Source: Ptychomitrium polyphyllum
Taxonomy: Eukaryota
Reading direction: 5' to 3'
Length of the DNA stretch: 64,000 nt
NCBI GenBank assembly: GCA_973851085.1
Contig: OZ316775.1
Span: forward strand, 1,798,001 to 1,862,000
Shown here: positions 13,193 to 23,756 of the stretch, one piece after another
Layout of the letters: every line of letters starts with the position of its first letter
How positions within the stretch are numbered: position 1 is the stretch's first letter
Translations under genes and position numbers: made by a program
Notes under the pieces: generated by a model
Databases searched by the model: none
The model's input: only the letters and a program-made list of their open reading frames with translations
What the model was told of the DNA's origin: nothing

Positions 13193-15973
13193 TCCTTCCC
13201 TCTATCCCTCCCTCCGCATCCAAACCACGCATCGAGCAAACTCCCATGGCAGCTTCATTGGAACAGTATCCACCTCGAGAAACCTCCAAACCTGTGTCCG
13301 CAAGATCCACCAGAAACGCCTTCCGAAAACCCCTGGAAGAAGAAGATCCGCTCCCACATTGGTCCCCAGAACGGGCTGATGATCGGAAATGAGCTCGGAA
13401 ACTGTTATGAGATGAGGTCGCAGAAGATCCTGAGCCTGCTAAACTCCAGCGACACGAGCGACAGCCAGCAATGGCGATGGACTGCGTGGAAGTGAGAAAC
13501 CCGAGCTCGCGGCATCGCGCTCCGTTTTCTGGCTTCGCAGCGCCAGCTCACATGCCATCTGCGCCGTTGGACCACCGAGCGAGATCCACGGCTCAGGATT
13601 GCTGTATCTCGTGGCTTCATACGGTGTATGAAATTTTGTTTAAAGGTAAGTGTGATACGAACACTGAGGGACTGGGTTCTGCCGCTCTGCCAGGTGGCGC
13701 TGCAGGAACTATGTCGATGACGGGTTTGTTGCACTGGTAGGATGAAATTTTTTATTTTTCTATTTTTTTTGTTTTTTGAAAAAGATTCTGAAGGATCAGC
13801 TTTGCTCCCTTTTTTTTTTCAATGGTGCGAGAATAAATTGGAAGTAATATGTGCCTGACAGTGCTCAGTGCTAGTGGAGCTCAGTTATGGTGGACGAATC
13901 AGTTCATGTGGCACATGCTTTTGGGGAACTCTGTGTTCACATGTGCTGAGGTTTTCTCCACACTTATAACTTTGAGGAGAGCCTTCACCTGCTCTTAATT
14001 GTGAAGTCGGCGGTTGTCATTTTTTCTTGATCTTTGACATGTTTGGAATTTCATAATATGTACCTACCTCTGTCACATAGTCACATAGGTGAAGTCTAGT
14101 TTTTACATAGACCAAGAGTAGGTAATTTCAAAAAATGACCAACATTCTTATCCTTGTAACATTCTAAAGTTTTTCTCCAATTTTTTCAATGCTTCCATAG
14201 TAAGATACAAATTGTAAACTTTTTTTTTTCTTTGTAAACAACTCAATTCATTAGAAAGCTTGATGTCTTAGCATTGTGTTTTTTTTTGTTCTTTCTATTG
14301 ATTTAAGCATGAATTCCTTGCTTAGAAGTTGGTCCTAAGATTCCTATTAAGGAAGGTTATTTTCTAATATGCACAAAAAAAGGTGGGCCTTCCTAGTGTT
14401 GTCTCTACTTTCTTCAATAAGATTGTAGTTTTCTTTAGCCTTTAAGTTATTTTCCTTATGCTCTTATAAATTAGTTTCAATACCTTGGTGAATAGAATTT
14501 TTAATGGAATAGGACAATATGATAATTATTGCAAGGTAAGATTAAATCACCAAGAAGAAATTATTTTGTGACTTGGATGAATAGTGATCAATTGAGACAT
14601 ATGATTTGATAAAACAAATGACAAGGATTATAATTGACAACCATTGTAGAGATGAAAGCTGACATAATTCTTTAAAAGAATTTTATTCAATCCTTATTTA
14701 TACTAGTATTAGCTCATTATCACAATTTAGTGATAATAAAGAATGTTAAAGAAGTAGTGGATTTTATACAATATGTTATATTTTGCCTTTTAAACCTTTC
14801 CGTATATTACCTTTGTTTCAAATCTTGAAGCTTAATAGAAAAGATTTGGTGTTTAAAGCTGTAGATTTTATAAATAAGCAAATTAAACATGAAAGGCCTT
14901 TCAACCTTCACCTTACAATCCAATGGAAGTGGTAATGCCATTGATTTAATATTGTATTTAGTTTCTACCCACGCTTTATGTTCATCCATAAATTCCTTTA
15001 CTTTGCTATAAAATCCTTAAAATATAATTTTCACTATTTGGTGTCACCTTCAAAACTCAAATTCAATAACAAAACCAATTTCAACAATAACAATAAACCA
15101 AATCATTCAAATTACTCAAGAATGTGACGAAGTTAGAAGATGTTGGTTTGAGGGTTTTGCTGCCTAACCTGCAATGCGGACTGCTATGCATGGATCAATT
15201 GCAACCTTCCCATACTGTCACAACTAAAGGGCTAGAGTGAGCTTCATCGACCCACTCTTCAACCTTCGACGTGTCAAAAACAATCTAACCAGCATTGGCA
15301 GGCGCATTTGTAGTGCTAGTGAAAGGCCAGGGGTGAGACATGATACAATTGAGGATGAATAGTTGTACAGAGTAGAAGAGACCTATTTGCACAAGCATAC
15401 GGTGATTTAGTATCCTAGAATAAGTCGATCATTTGTGAAGGAAAACATCACGGTAATCTTGCTCTCAAAGTTCTGCATTCGTTCACGAGTGAGTCCTGAG
15501 CCGTTTCCGGGTTGTTCATTCCTGTAATCAACAATAGTCCTACAGTGAAGGTACGTTTGCAAGCAGAAAAGCAATTACAAGTGCGCATAATGCACTGAGC
15601 CCCTTCATGCAGATCAATAAAGTAGACCAATCTCCCAGCTTCGTTATCACACTGACTTCTCAGTTTCAACTCACAGATTACAGAAAAGAAACATGGCAAT
15701 CAATTAGACCACGTAGGATCATCTTCAGTGTTGAAAGTGCAATATTGTTACATATGTACACTGTACAAAACACTTCGGCTGATTATGTACTGAAGCAGTG
15801 GCACTATTCTTCCGAAGAAGCTGGCAGTGCATCACTTAGCATATCCGATTTGTTCAGATGATTCCAGGAGTCTAAATGCCACGACGGTTCACCTTTGAAT
15901 TTGGTTTACCAGCTAGACAACTAGCAAGGTGAACCTTGTCCATCCGAAGCGTATCCATAGCAAATGACAGCGA

Positions 15974-18900
15974 TCATATTCTAGGTTCAGCTATTCCAAT
16001 CAAATAGGGACGTACAGCAATTTCCGACGCTGGCGTTAGCTCGACACCATCTCCCTCAACAGTCGTTGTCGTCGACGCGAAACTTTCAGCAGCCTCTTTG
16101 GTTTCCAGTATATCTTCTGCACATTGTTCACCAGTTCCGGCAGCAGCTGCACGATTTAGTGATGTAATCCCAGGCTCACCTATTCCATTGTGACAGGGAC
16201 GCACAGAAACTTCTGGAGCCGAGCGAATATCTCCAACATCGGCCACAGCCATCGTTGTCGACAATGCACAACTTTTAGCAGCAGTTGCAATGACTGCCGC
16301 AGCCTCTTTGATGGCAGCCACATCCTGTACATTCCTTAGCAACACTTCTACTCTCTTCTCAGCCTTTTCCACCACCAGCTCCCATTCGCCTTGGAGCTCT
16401 GGCAGCTGGTTCTTCATGTACTCCACGGCCAAGCACGTCCCCCAGATGGTTTCCCATTCTGATTGCGAAAGGGTACTCAACGTGCACTGCTTCCGCACTT
16501 CCGCCAATTTTCTGTTCAAGTCCTCCATGGTGGTAGAGAAAAAGGCTGCAATCTCAGGCACGAGGAGAAATGAACCATCAAAAGATTGGTGTTGCAAAAT
16601 GGAGCGCAGCCGCGAGTGTGGGTCTGTGGCCGTGATCGGTTCCTCGAATTGATCTCCTTCCAACTGATATTGTGCACCTATCCTGAAATGTGATGAGTCG
16701 AATGTCTGAACTGAAGTTGTGTAACTAATAGTACAGCTCTCATCCAACAAGCCACTTGTTGGAACATCTTCCGAGGCCAAGTAGAAGCCCATGTCGTCAT
16801 CATCTGAGTCACATTTCTCCTCAGCTGCTGAAAACTCTACACCTTCACTGTCAGTGTCATCAAAAGCCATATCCGCGTATTTTGCAACCGGAGACTCAGC
16901 TGTTTCCACAATCTGACAGGGCATAGATGCGGCCATTGGAGCCATCTGCATAGCACTAACATGGTGGAAGGCGTACTTTAGCGGTGCTGAACACAACTGC
17001 ACCATAGGTGCACCATAGCCACTGGAACGAGACGAGTAGCGCTGAGGGCTAGCCTCGAACTTGTCATAAAGGATGCTTTCATGAGTATCTTCGTCAATGG
17101 CCACCCAGCTGGTATATTTGCTAGACAAGTTGTACCTCATTGCAATGTCAAGTACCCGTTCTTTTGTGATCTCTGTCACATGCTTGGAGCTCAACTCGGC
17201 TGTCGTACACTTCTTCCCTTCAGAATCAACCACATGAACATCAAGCCTCTTCAACATCTCCTTTTGCGTCGGCGTCGCTGTTGGGAATTTTCCCAGCGCA
17301 TGGATGCAAGAAGCCCCTTCCTCCAAGTCACGCACTATTGCGCGCGCTGCCAAAGAATGTAGCATCGTCTCTCCTTCTTGCACCTTTTCAGTTTTGACAT
17401 TGAGTTCCAGGGGCCCGTCTGGGGACGAACCTTTCAACGCCAGTACTTCGGGTACTGGCACCGTTGATGAGAGAATAGCGTAGATTGTGAAGCGCGCGCC
17501 GCAGCACAAGATGGGAATCTTGAATGGAGCCTGATGGATCGGAACGACGATGGCAGGGGGTGGCAGGGCGGCGGGAGGTGGAGGTGGGGAGGGCACCTCT
17601 GGCGATGTCGAGAATAAGTTGATCGACTTCTTGTTGGTCGAATCGCCCTCGTTAAGATCCACAAGTGGTGGAGGTGGAGCTGAATCTTCTTCAGCCCGTG
17701 AACACTCTTCAGCCTCAACCAATACGTATTCCTCCACCTGATCCGCAGAATCCATTGTTTCTGATGTCCAACGTACGCCCAAATTTGTAGCAGGTGGCAC
17801 CAGAGCCGATTTCAGCATGTTGAGCACTTTCTTCTCCATTCGTTCGCTCTCCGTCACGAGCTGGGCGTATCCACCGCCAGCCCTCGCCACGGATTCAATC
17901 AAATTATGCGAGACCGAGTCTCCAATGCCCAGAGAAAACACTCGCACAGAAGAATTATGTTTCTCTCCCTCGTCGACGGCCTCTCGAATAACCTCACAAA
18001 GAGAGTCAACACCCCAGATCTCTCCATCAGTGAGCAAGAAGATCTGCGTTGGCACATCTCGCCGTCGCCGTTTGAAAACCTCCTCGAAAGCACTCATCAT
18101 CTCCGTCCCTCCCATGTCCGCCTGCATTCTCTGTGCATAAAGAGTGCCCTTCTTCAAAGAATCTGCGTCATAGGCCACAGACTTGGGAAAGAGGGCTCGG
18201 TGATCGGAACCGAATCCAATCACATTAAAGTAGTGATCTTCAACAGGGATGGATCTTAGGAACAACTCCAACGCCGCGCCAGCCTTCTTGATTGGGGTAC
18301 CATCCATTGACCCAGATCGATCCACGATGAAGATGAGCTCCAGCGATCGACTGGGGTTGAGCGCAAACCGGGGCAAAAACGTTAGCGAGACGGCGTGCGT
18401 TCCATCTTTGGGGTGGCGTTCTACCAGCGCCCGCGGATCGTCTAGCCCAAGAGCCTGGACAATGATAACAAGGTCACGATCGAGAAGGGAATCTGCCGTA
18501 AGGCTCACCTTCGCACGATTTGGTTCAAAAGAGTTCGCGGTTGAAGAAGCATCGCTTGAGGTGGTGCCCAGATGAACTTCGATGGTGTGAGAAGGCGATT
18601 GGATGGACGTTATGGCTTTCGACATTGCGCAACCTATATTCACCAACAGTACGGTGGAAGAAGTATCGATGCTTGAGGAGGACTGTTCCACTGGGCTGTA
18701 ACCGTAGCGAGGGGCTATAGATGTTGGCATGACGAAGCGCACTTGATTCTCACCTGCATCCTGTTTGATTTCCGAGACGAGAGTGATGCAAATGGCGATT
18801 GTCTTCGAAGGAGGAATGTTGCCTACCGATGCCTGGAAAATGTCAGGAGTCTCCTCTTCCAACAAACTGGCCACCTTCCCTGCTTTCTTCGCCAATTCAT

Positions 18901-19192
18901 ACTCTTTCTTTGCAGCGACCTTCTCTTGCACCCTACCGACAATCTTCCTGCCATCCATCTCTGCTTCAAATCCACACACTGTCACGCCTTCGTATAAAGG
19001 AAATGTGTAAACAGCTTCAATCGCAGCGTCCTCGAGCGGATTTACATAGGTCTGCACCAAGGTGTATTGTACAACCGCATCCCGGATGAGCCCAGTCACC
19101 GACACATTTTGGAGGGGACAATTCCCGCGCGATTCTCTTACAATTTTGACAGCAAAGTCAGCTACGATGCAGCAGTAGCGAAGGTTACTCAT
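15974..19192 (-). CDS. VIT + von Willebrand factor A domain protein (VWA5A/LOH11CR2A-like); single coding exon
   Basis: Continuous ORF 15974-19348; likely start M53 (19192) or M44 (19219). VIT domain (QTYVNP..AIEAVYTFPL..VCGFEAEMDG..GRVQEK..AKKEY..A; DIFQASVGNIPP). vWA MIDAS motif IFIVDRSGSM, plus FNVIGFGS, ADMGGTEM, FLLTDGEI and RVFSLGIG. C-terminal SKYTSWVAID and QSFDGSF. Confidence 0.9.
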   Translation of the reverse strand: MSNLRYCCIVADFAVKIVRESRGNCPLQNVSVTGLIRDAVVQYTLVQTYVNPLEDAAIEAVYTFPLYEGVTVCGFEAEMDGRKIVGRVQEKVAAKKEYELAKKAGKVASLLEEETPDIFQASVGNIPPSKTIAICITLVSEIKQDAGENQVRFVMPTSIAPRYGYSPVEQSSSSIDTSSTVLLVNIGCAMSKAITSIQSPSHTIEVHLGTTSSDASSTANSFEPNRAKVSLTADSLLDRDLVIIVQALGLDDPRALVERHPKDGTHAVSLTFLPRFALNPSRSLELIFIVDRSGSMDGTPIKKAGAALELFLRSIPVEDHYFNVIGFGSDHRALFPKSVAYDADSLKKGTLYAQRMQADMGGTEMMSAFEEVFKRRRRDVPTQIFLLTDGEIWGVDSLCEVIREAVDEGEKHNSSVRVFSLGIGDSVSHNLIESVARAGGGYAQLVTESERMEKKVLNMLKSALVPPATNLGVRWTSETMDSADQVEEYVLVEAEECSRAEEDSAPPPPLVDLNEGDSTNKKSINLFSTSPEVPSPPPPPAALPPPAIVVPIHQAPFKIPILCCGARFTIYAILSSTVPVPEVLALKGSSPDGPLELNVKTEKVQEGETMLHSLAARAIVRDLEEGASCIHALGKFPTATPTQKEMLKRLDVHVVDSEGKKCTTAELSSKHVTEITKERVLDIAMRYNLSSKYTSWVAIDEDTHESILYDKFEASPQRYSSRSSGYGAPMVQLCSAPLKYAFHHVSAMQMAPMAASMPCQIVETAESPVAKYADMAFDDTDSEGVEFSAAEEKCDSDDDDMGFYLASEDVPTSGLLDESCTISYTTSVQTFDSSHFRIGAQYQLEGDQFEEPITATDPHSRLRSILQHQSFDGSFLLVPEIAAFFSTTMEDLNRKLAEVRKQCTLSTLSQSEWETIWGTCLAVEYMKNQLPELQGEWELVVEKAEKRVEVLLRNVQDVAAIKEAAAVIATAAKSCALSTTMAVADVGDIRSAPEVSVRPCHNGIGEPGITSLNRAAAAGTGEQCAEDILETKEAAESFASTTTTVEGDGVELTPASEIAVRPYLIGIAEPRI

Positions 19193-20379
19193 CTTCAAAT
19201 GCGATTCAAAGAAAGCCATGTTTGAACTACGCGAATAACAAATTGTGATTGCAGAGTAAGGGACTTTTAGGTGATGTCCTCGGTGTAGATGAGAAACGCG
19301 AGTTGCGAAAGCAGATGCTCCAGCAATTTCTGTATTACACGAACACATTCACCAATTAGGTATTGGCACTACTAAGCGATTCGTTGATTACAGGGAAGAG
19401 ATCCACTTAGAAGGCAAAACATTGACTCAAAACCTCAAACTCCGTGCTTACAGAATCTAACACAATCAAACCCAGATCTATTATAAAGTCGGAAGCACAA
19501 AGATTAAACAAAGATGAGTAAGAAGTCCCCATAGCATTGGGAAAATTCCTACCTCTCGGGTTTAAGAAATGTTGCAAACAAACCAGCCACGAGCCACACT
19601 GCGCACTGCACCAATTAAATTCACAATTTGAGCTTCACAACTAACAACAAACGTTCTGTCTAAAGGAGCAGCAGGACAGTCTCTTTAAACCTCCGAAAGC
19701 TTGCGGGCGACGCAATCTTGAATCGGGCACCGATATCGTCAACAACCATGCGCCACAAAATTTGTTCTTGGTGCCCAAGTCTCCGAGACACCGAAGCACG
19801 TTACCGAATATGTTAACGGACCTGTTCCACACGATAAATCATCCACGTGACTGAAGCTCCGACGCTAATTGAATGCGCAGTTTATAATCCTCGATTCCCT
19901 TTTCAACTGGACAAGACGGATAAAACTTCCTTTCTTTGGAAATTTTCCCTACACAAGACATTAGTTTCAGGTTTAGGATTTAGGTTTAGGGTGTTTATCA
20001 GGTGTAGTTACTGTAATGGCCATAAAGGTTTTCCAAGATCCAGTGCCCGTCTTTGTCTAGTCGCGCTGCGAGGAGGCCCACTGTCAACGTGCATATGTCA
20101 CCACTTTGCCATCCCCCCGCTTTGAGATGAATAAAAACTCTCAAACAGATGAATGGCTCACCCCAAATCGGATCATCAGGGCCAGAAGTGGTGCGTCCAT
20201 AGCAGTGAAAGTACCATTTCAGACCGAGCTTGCCGACTTGGGAGGAGTCTGTACTTGGCTAGTGCGGCCCACATGTTGGTTTCAGGCTTTCAGCCTCAGC
20301 TCCCATGCACGACCGCAGATGTCCACAGGAACAAGATCACGGAGTCGAGAATCCATCGCAACTGCGGTGTACAGGAGGT

Positions 20380-20700
20380 TCTGACCCATGCAGCTGCTAA
20401 AAATGCTTCCCAACTCTTTCCATCATTCACTTCCAATTCCTTCACCTGTTCACAAAACTCAAGAACTGTGTCAAGCTCAAAACTTTGCCAACACCTCCTT
20501 TTCTTCAACTCTGTTTCTCTACCATGCAGCCACAAGAATTTTGTGACATCACAACAATCAAACTGATCCTTGTTTACCATGGCACGCAAAGCCTTCAAAG
20601 CCAGTACCTCTCTTTGTTGAATAGACTCTTATAGCTCCATGTAGTGATTAAATTGCCTTCGACATTCTCACTGCTTTGTTATCAAGTCCACCATGAAGCC
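20380..20700 (-). mobile_element. Degenerate Ty3/Gypsy-like LTR retrotransposon gag fragment
   Basis: The minus-strand translation ALKALRAMVNKDQFDCCDVTKFLWLHGRETEL...SFELDTVLEFCEQVKEL...SWEAF resembles the gag pattern I recall from bryophyte/lycophyte Gypsy-like elements (ALRA..GQFDG.NVTKFL..Y..EME..SFELAV.PE..ERV.E..SW..F). There is an in-frame stop upstream, and it borders a long AT-rich spacer. Confidence 0.55.
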
Positions 20701-23700
20701 CACCTTCATGTATCATAAGTCTTGTCTTCAAAATCTTTACAATTGCATATAAATAGACTACCACTTTGAATTTTCATTTCAAGTTCACCAAAAAATGCCA
20801 CAAATGATGCAATGTGTGTTTAAAGAAGCACAAAGCTTTTTGCTATATGGTTTCTTTTGCATCACTTGAAAATGTCCTCAATATGTATTTCTTATTTAAA
20901 TAACCTTCTTCCACAAATGAAGTATTTCCTTCAAACCATGTACTATGTCTTTAAAATTTATTCATTTAGTTGCAATAGTTTCAAGACCCATTTCCTTTTA
21001 ATTATCCATTGTTTTGCTTTTAACAAAAATCAAATTTTAAAACTTTGCATGCTACTCAAATATCTCATCAAAACTTCATACCTAAAATATTGTATCAAAA
21101 AACTCATACCTAAAATGTTGTATCAAAAAACCAAATGGTAGTAGCCTTTTTGTAACTTTCTTCAATGGTTTTTATTAATTGATTAATTGAACATGTGGTT
21201 TAATCAAAATTCGCCACCATTTGGTTATAAGGAAAGTTCCCATATTTCAATCAATAAAAAATTCTCACCATTTGATCAATATTTTCTTGATATGTAATTA
21301 ACTTTTGTACCTACGTTCATTTAATACTTCACTTACTTTTGTCTAATACTTTTTAATAAATATTCTCTACCAATATAATTAATATACAAATAAAAAGAAC
21401 ACAATATTAACATTAATTTAATTATACACTTAAAACAAAAACAAAAAAATATATAACTGCATACAATTAAATTACCAAGTAGCCCATATCACAAAAGTAT
21501 TTCAATTGAATAAGCATCTTAAATAACTAAGATTTCAAGTGAAAAAAAAACCTAAATACTTGAGGAAATATAAGGTTAACTAAGACATAAGGTTATATTA
21601 CAATATGATATAAAAAAAAATCTATAGCTTTCTATAAAGATGAAATATTTTATATAAACTAATATTTGTAATATTTAACACCACATTAGGCTATATTATT
21701 TACATTAATGTATTAATTGAATATATAAAATTTATTAAAAGATAATCATTATTATACATACATGTATAGAATTTAATATAATTTTTTCATATTGATTAAT
21801 ACTTAAGTAAATTCAAATCTTCTTTTAAATTTAAATTTTTTTTATGCTAAATCCAACAATCATTTCTTTTTTCATAAAAATTTATATTGCAAAGATTTCA
21901 ATTTATATACGGGTATGGATGTTGGAATGTACAAACAATTAATTTTTATTGAATTTTTAAATTAACACAATTTTAAAAAGATTTAAAAAATTAAAAGTTC
22001 ATACATTATAGTATGGAACTTGAAATGATTGATCCAAATGATTACAATCAAAACGTTTTTAAAATGTTTTACAAAATGTCATTTTTTTATAACATTAGAT
22101 AGGAATAGTCAGGCATGTGTTTAATGTATTTAATCCTTGAATAATCCTTAAATACATCTCATGTTTCAAAGATTTATTAAAATTCTTCATTAAATACTAC
22201 TTGGATGATTAATTTGGAACTAATGACTAATCAAAAGTTGTACATTTTGGATTACTATACATTTCAATATGATTAAATTTAATACTTGTATTACCAATAT
22301 TTTTGCGTAAAATTGAAAGCTTAACATTCAAATATCTTTTATAGAATTAAATATAAACAAAACTGGTAGATCTTGTGAATAGGATTTTATGGTAATGGGT
22401 TTCAAATGTAATAATCTAAATGTAGTGGCTTTTAAGAATTATTCAATTGCACAAAACCATGAGCTCCAAATAAATTAAACCACTTTTTTTAATTAGTTTG
22501 ACTTCAATGATTATAGGACTAATACAAAGTCCATTTTAAAAACCAAATTGTCAAACTCGTAGCTTAGAATTCCATCAACCTTAGCAAAATGAATGAAAAT
22601 AATGTCACATACAATTGCAAAGATACAAAAGGTGTAAGTATTCATCAATGTTAACCACTTGCTGCTTCTTGAAGGGGTTAAATGTGCTTAACTCCTTGGA
22701 AAGGAATTAAATACATTAAGCACATTCTCACATTCTCACAATCTAGGCCACAAACTACTCATGAAGATAGATTTCTTGTGAAATATTAAATCGTAGATTT
22801 GTCGCTACAGAGGCTACCTTCCCTGAGAATTTGTAAACTGATTAACCACCTTTTACAAATTTTTAGGTTTCTTAATGCATTTGAATGTTTTGGATTATTA
22901 GAATAACCAATAATTTATATTTCTTTGCATGGCCCAGCTCGCCCCAGTTCCTATGTATTTGTAAACTTGAACAACGACACACAAACAAGTCAGTAGCACC
23001 AAAATGCTATTTGCAAGCGGTCTAATTCGCTAACACTGAGATTCAAACTGTCTTCAGTTCTTTTATGAGTTTGATTCAAGTTCACTTCCCTTCACCTGTG
23101 GTTTCTCAAGCATTGAGGTTGTATAGTTCAATGCTGGAGCTCTAGGTTCTAACAAGCAGAATACTTCCTTGCAAACCTCTCGTAGAAGCAGGACATGAGC
23201 TCACTACGATATACGAAGGACAGCAAGATTCCTCACCGATACGTGAACACTGCATTGGTGGCTAGACAAAGCTGAGAGAGAAAGCAACATCATAGCTACT
23301 GGACAACGACCATTGCCTCCCATGCACAAACAGTTTCGATACAATTGGACAATTCCTTCACAAATGGTAAGAAAATATTTGATCTGAAAGCCACGGTGGC
23401 TAATTGCAAAATGGAGCTTGCTGATCATGTTCACCGGGCTAGGTGACGCTTTACCAGCAAGTGTCATTGCTATTTATTTAAGCAGAATCATCCTGACTAA
23501 AACATACCCGCCTATTGTCTACTGGATCGACAGTCTTGCCCCCTGCCGTGCTACCTAATCATTCGTGTAATCTGAAAAAGAATGAGCTTGAACGAAATCT
23601 CCTTAAAGGATCATACATAGTCACAAAGGGAGGGGATAGCAGTTAGTGTACACCTGGGTAGTGTTTTGAATTCCTTTCCATAAAATGTTATGATGGTAGT

Positions 23701-23756
23701 CGCCAGAAGTAAACGTCGGGATGTTGAGGTAGACCCAGGCTCCGTGATGAAATCGC

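Noticed and set aside
16290..19089. Multiple plus-strand ORFs overlapping the VIT-vWA gene (similar ORFs occur opposite PLL and MIPS)
   Set aside because: They are antisense shadows of real coding sequence.
19193..19348. N-terminal extension of the 1124-aa ORF
   Set aside because: It begins at a non-ATG codon and is probably 5' UTR or intron sequence. The ATG at 19219 remains possible.
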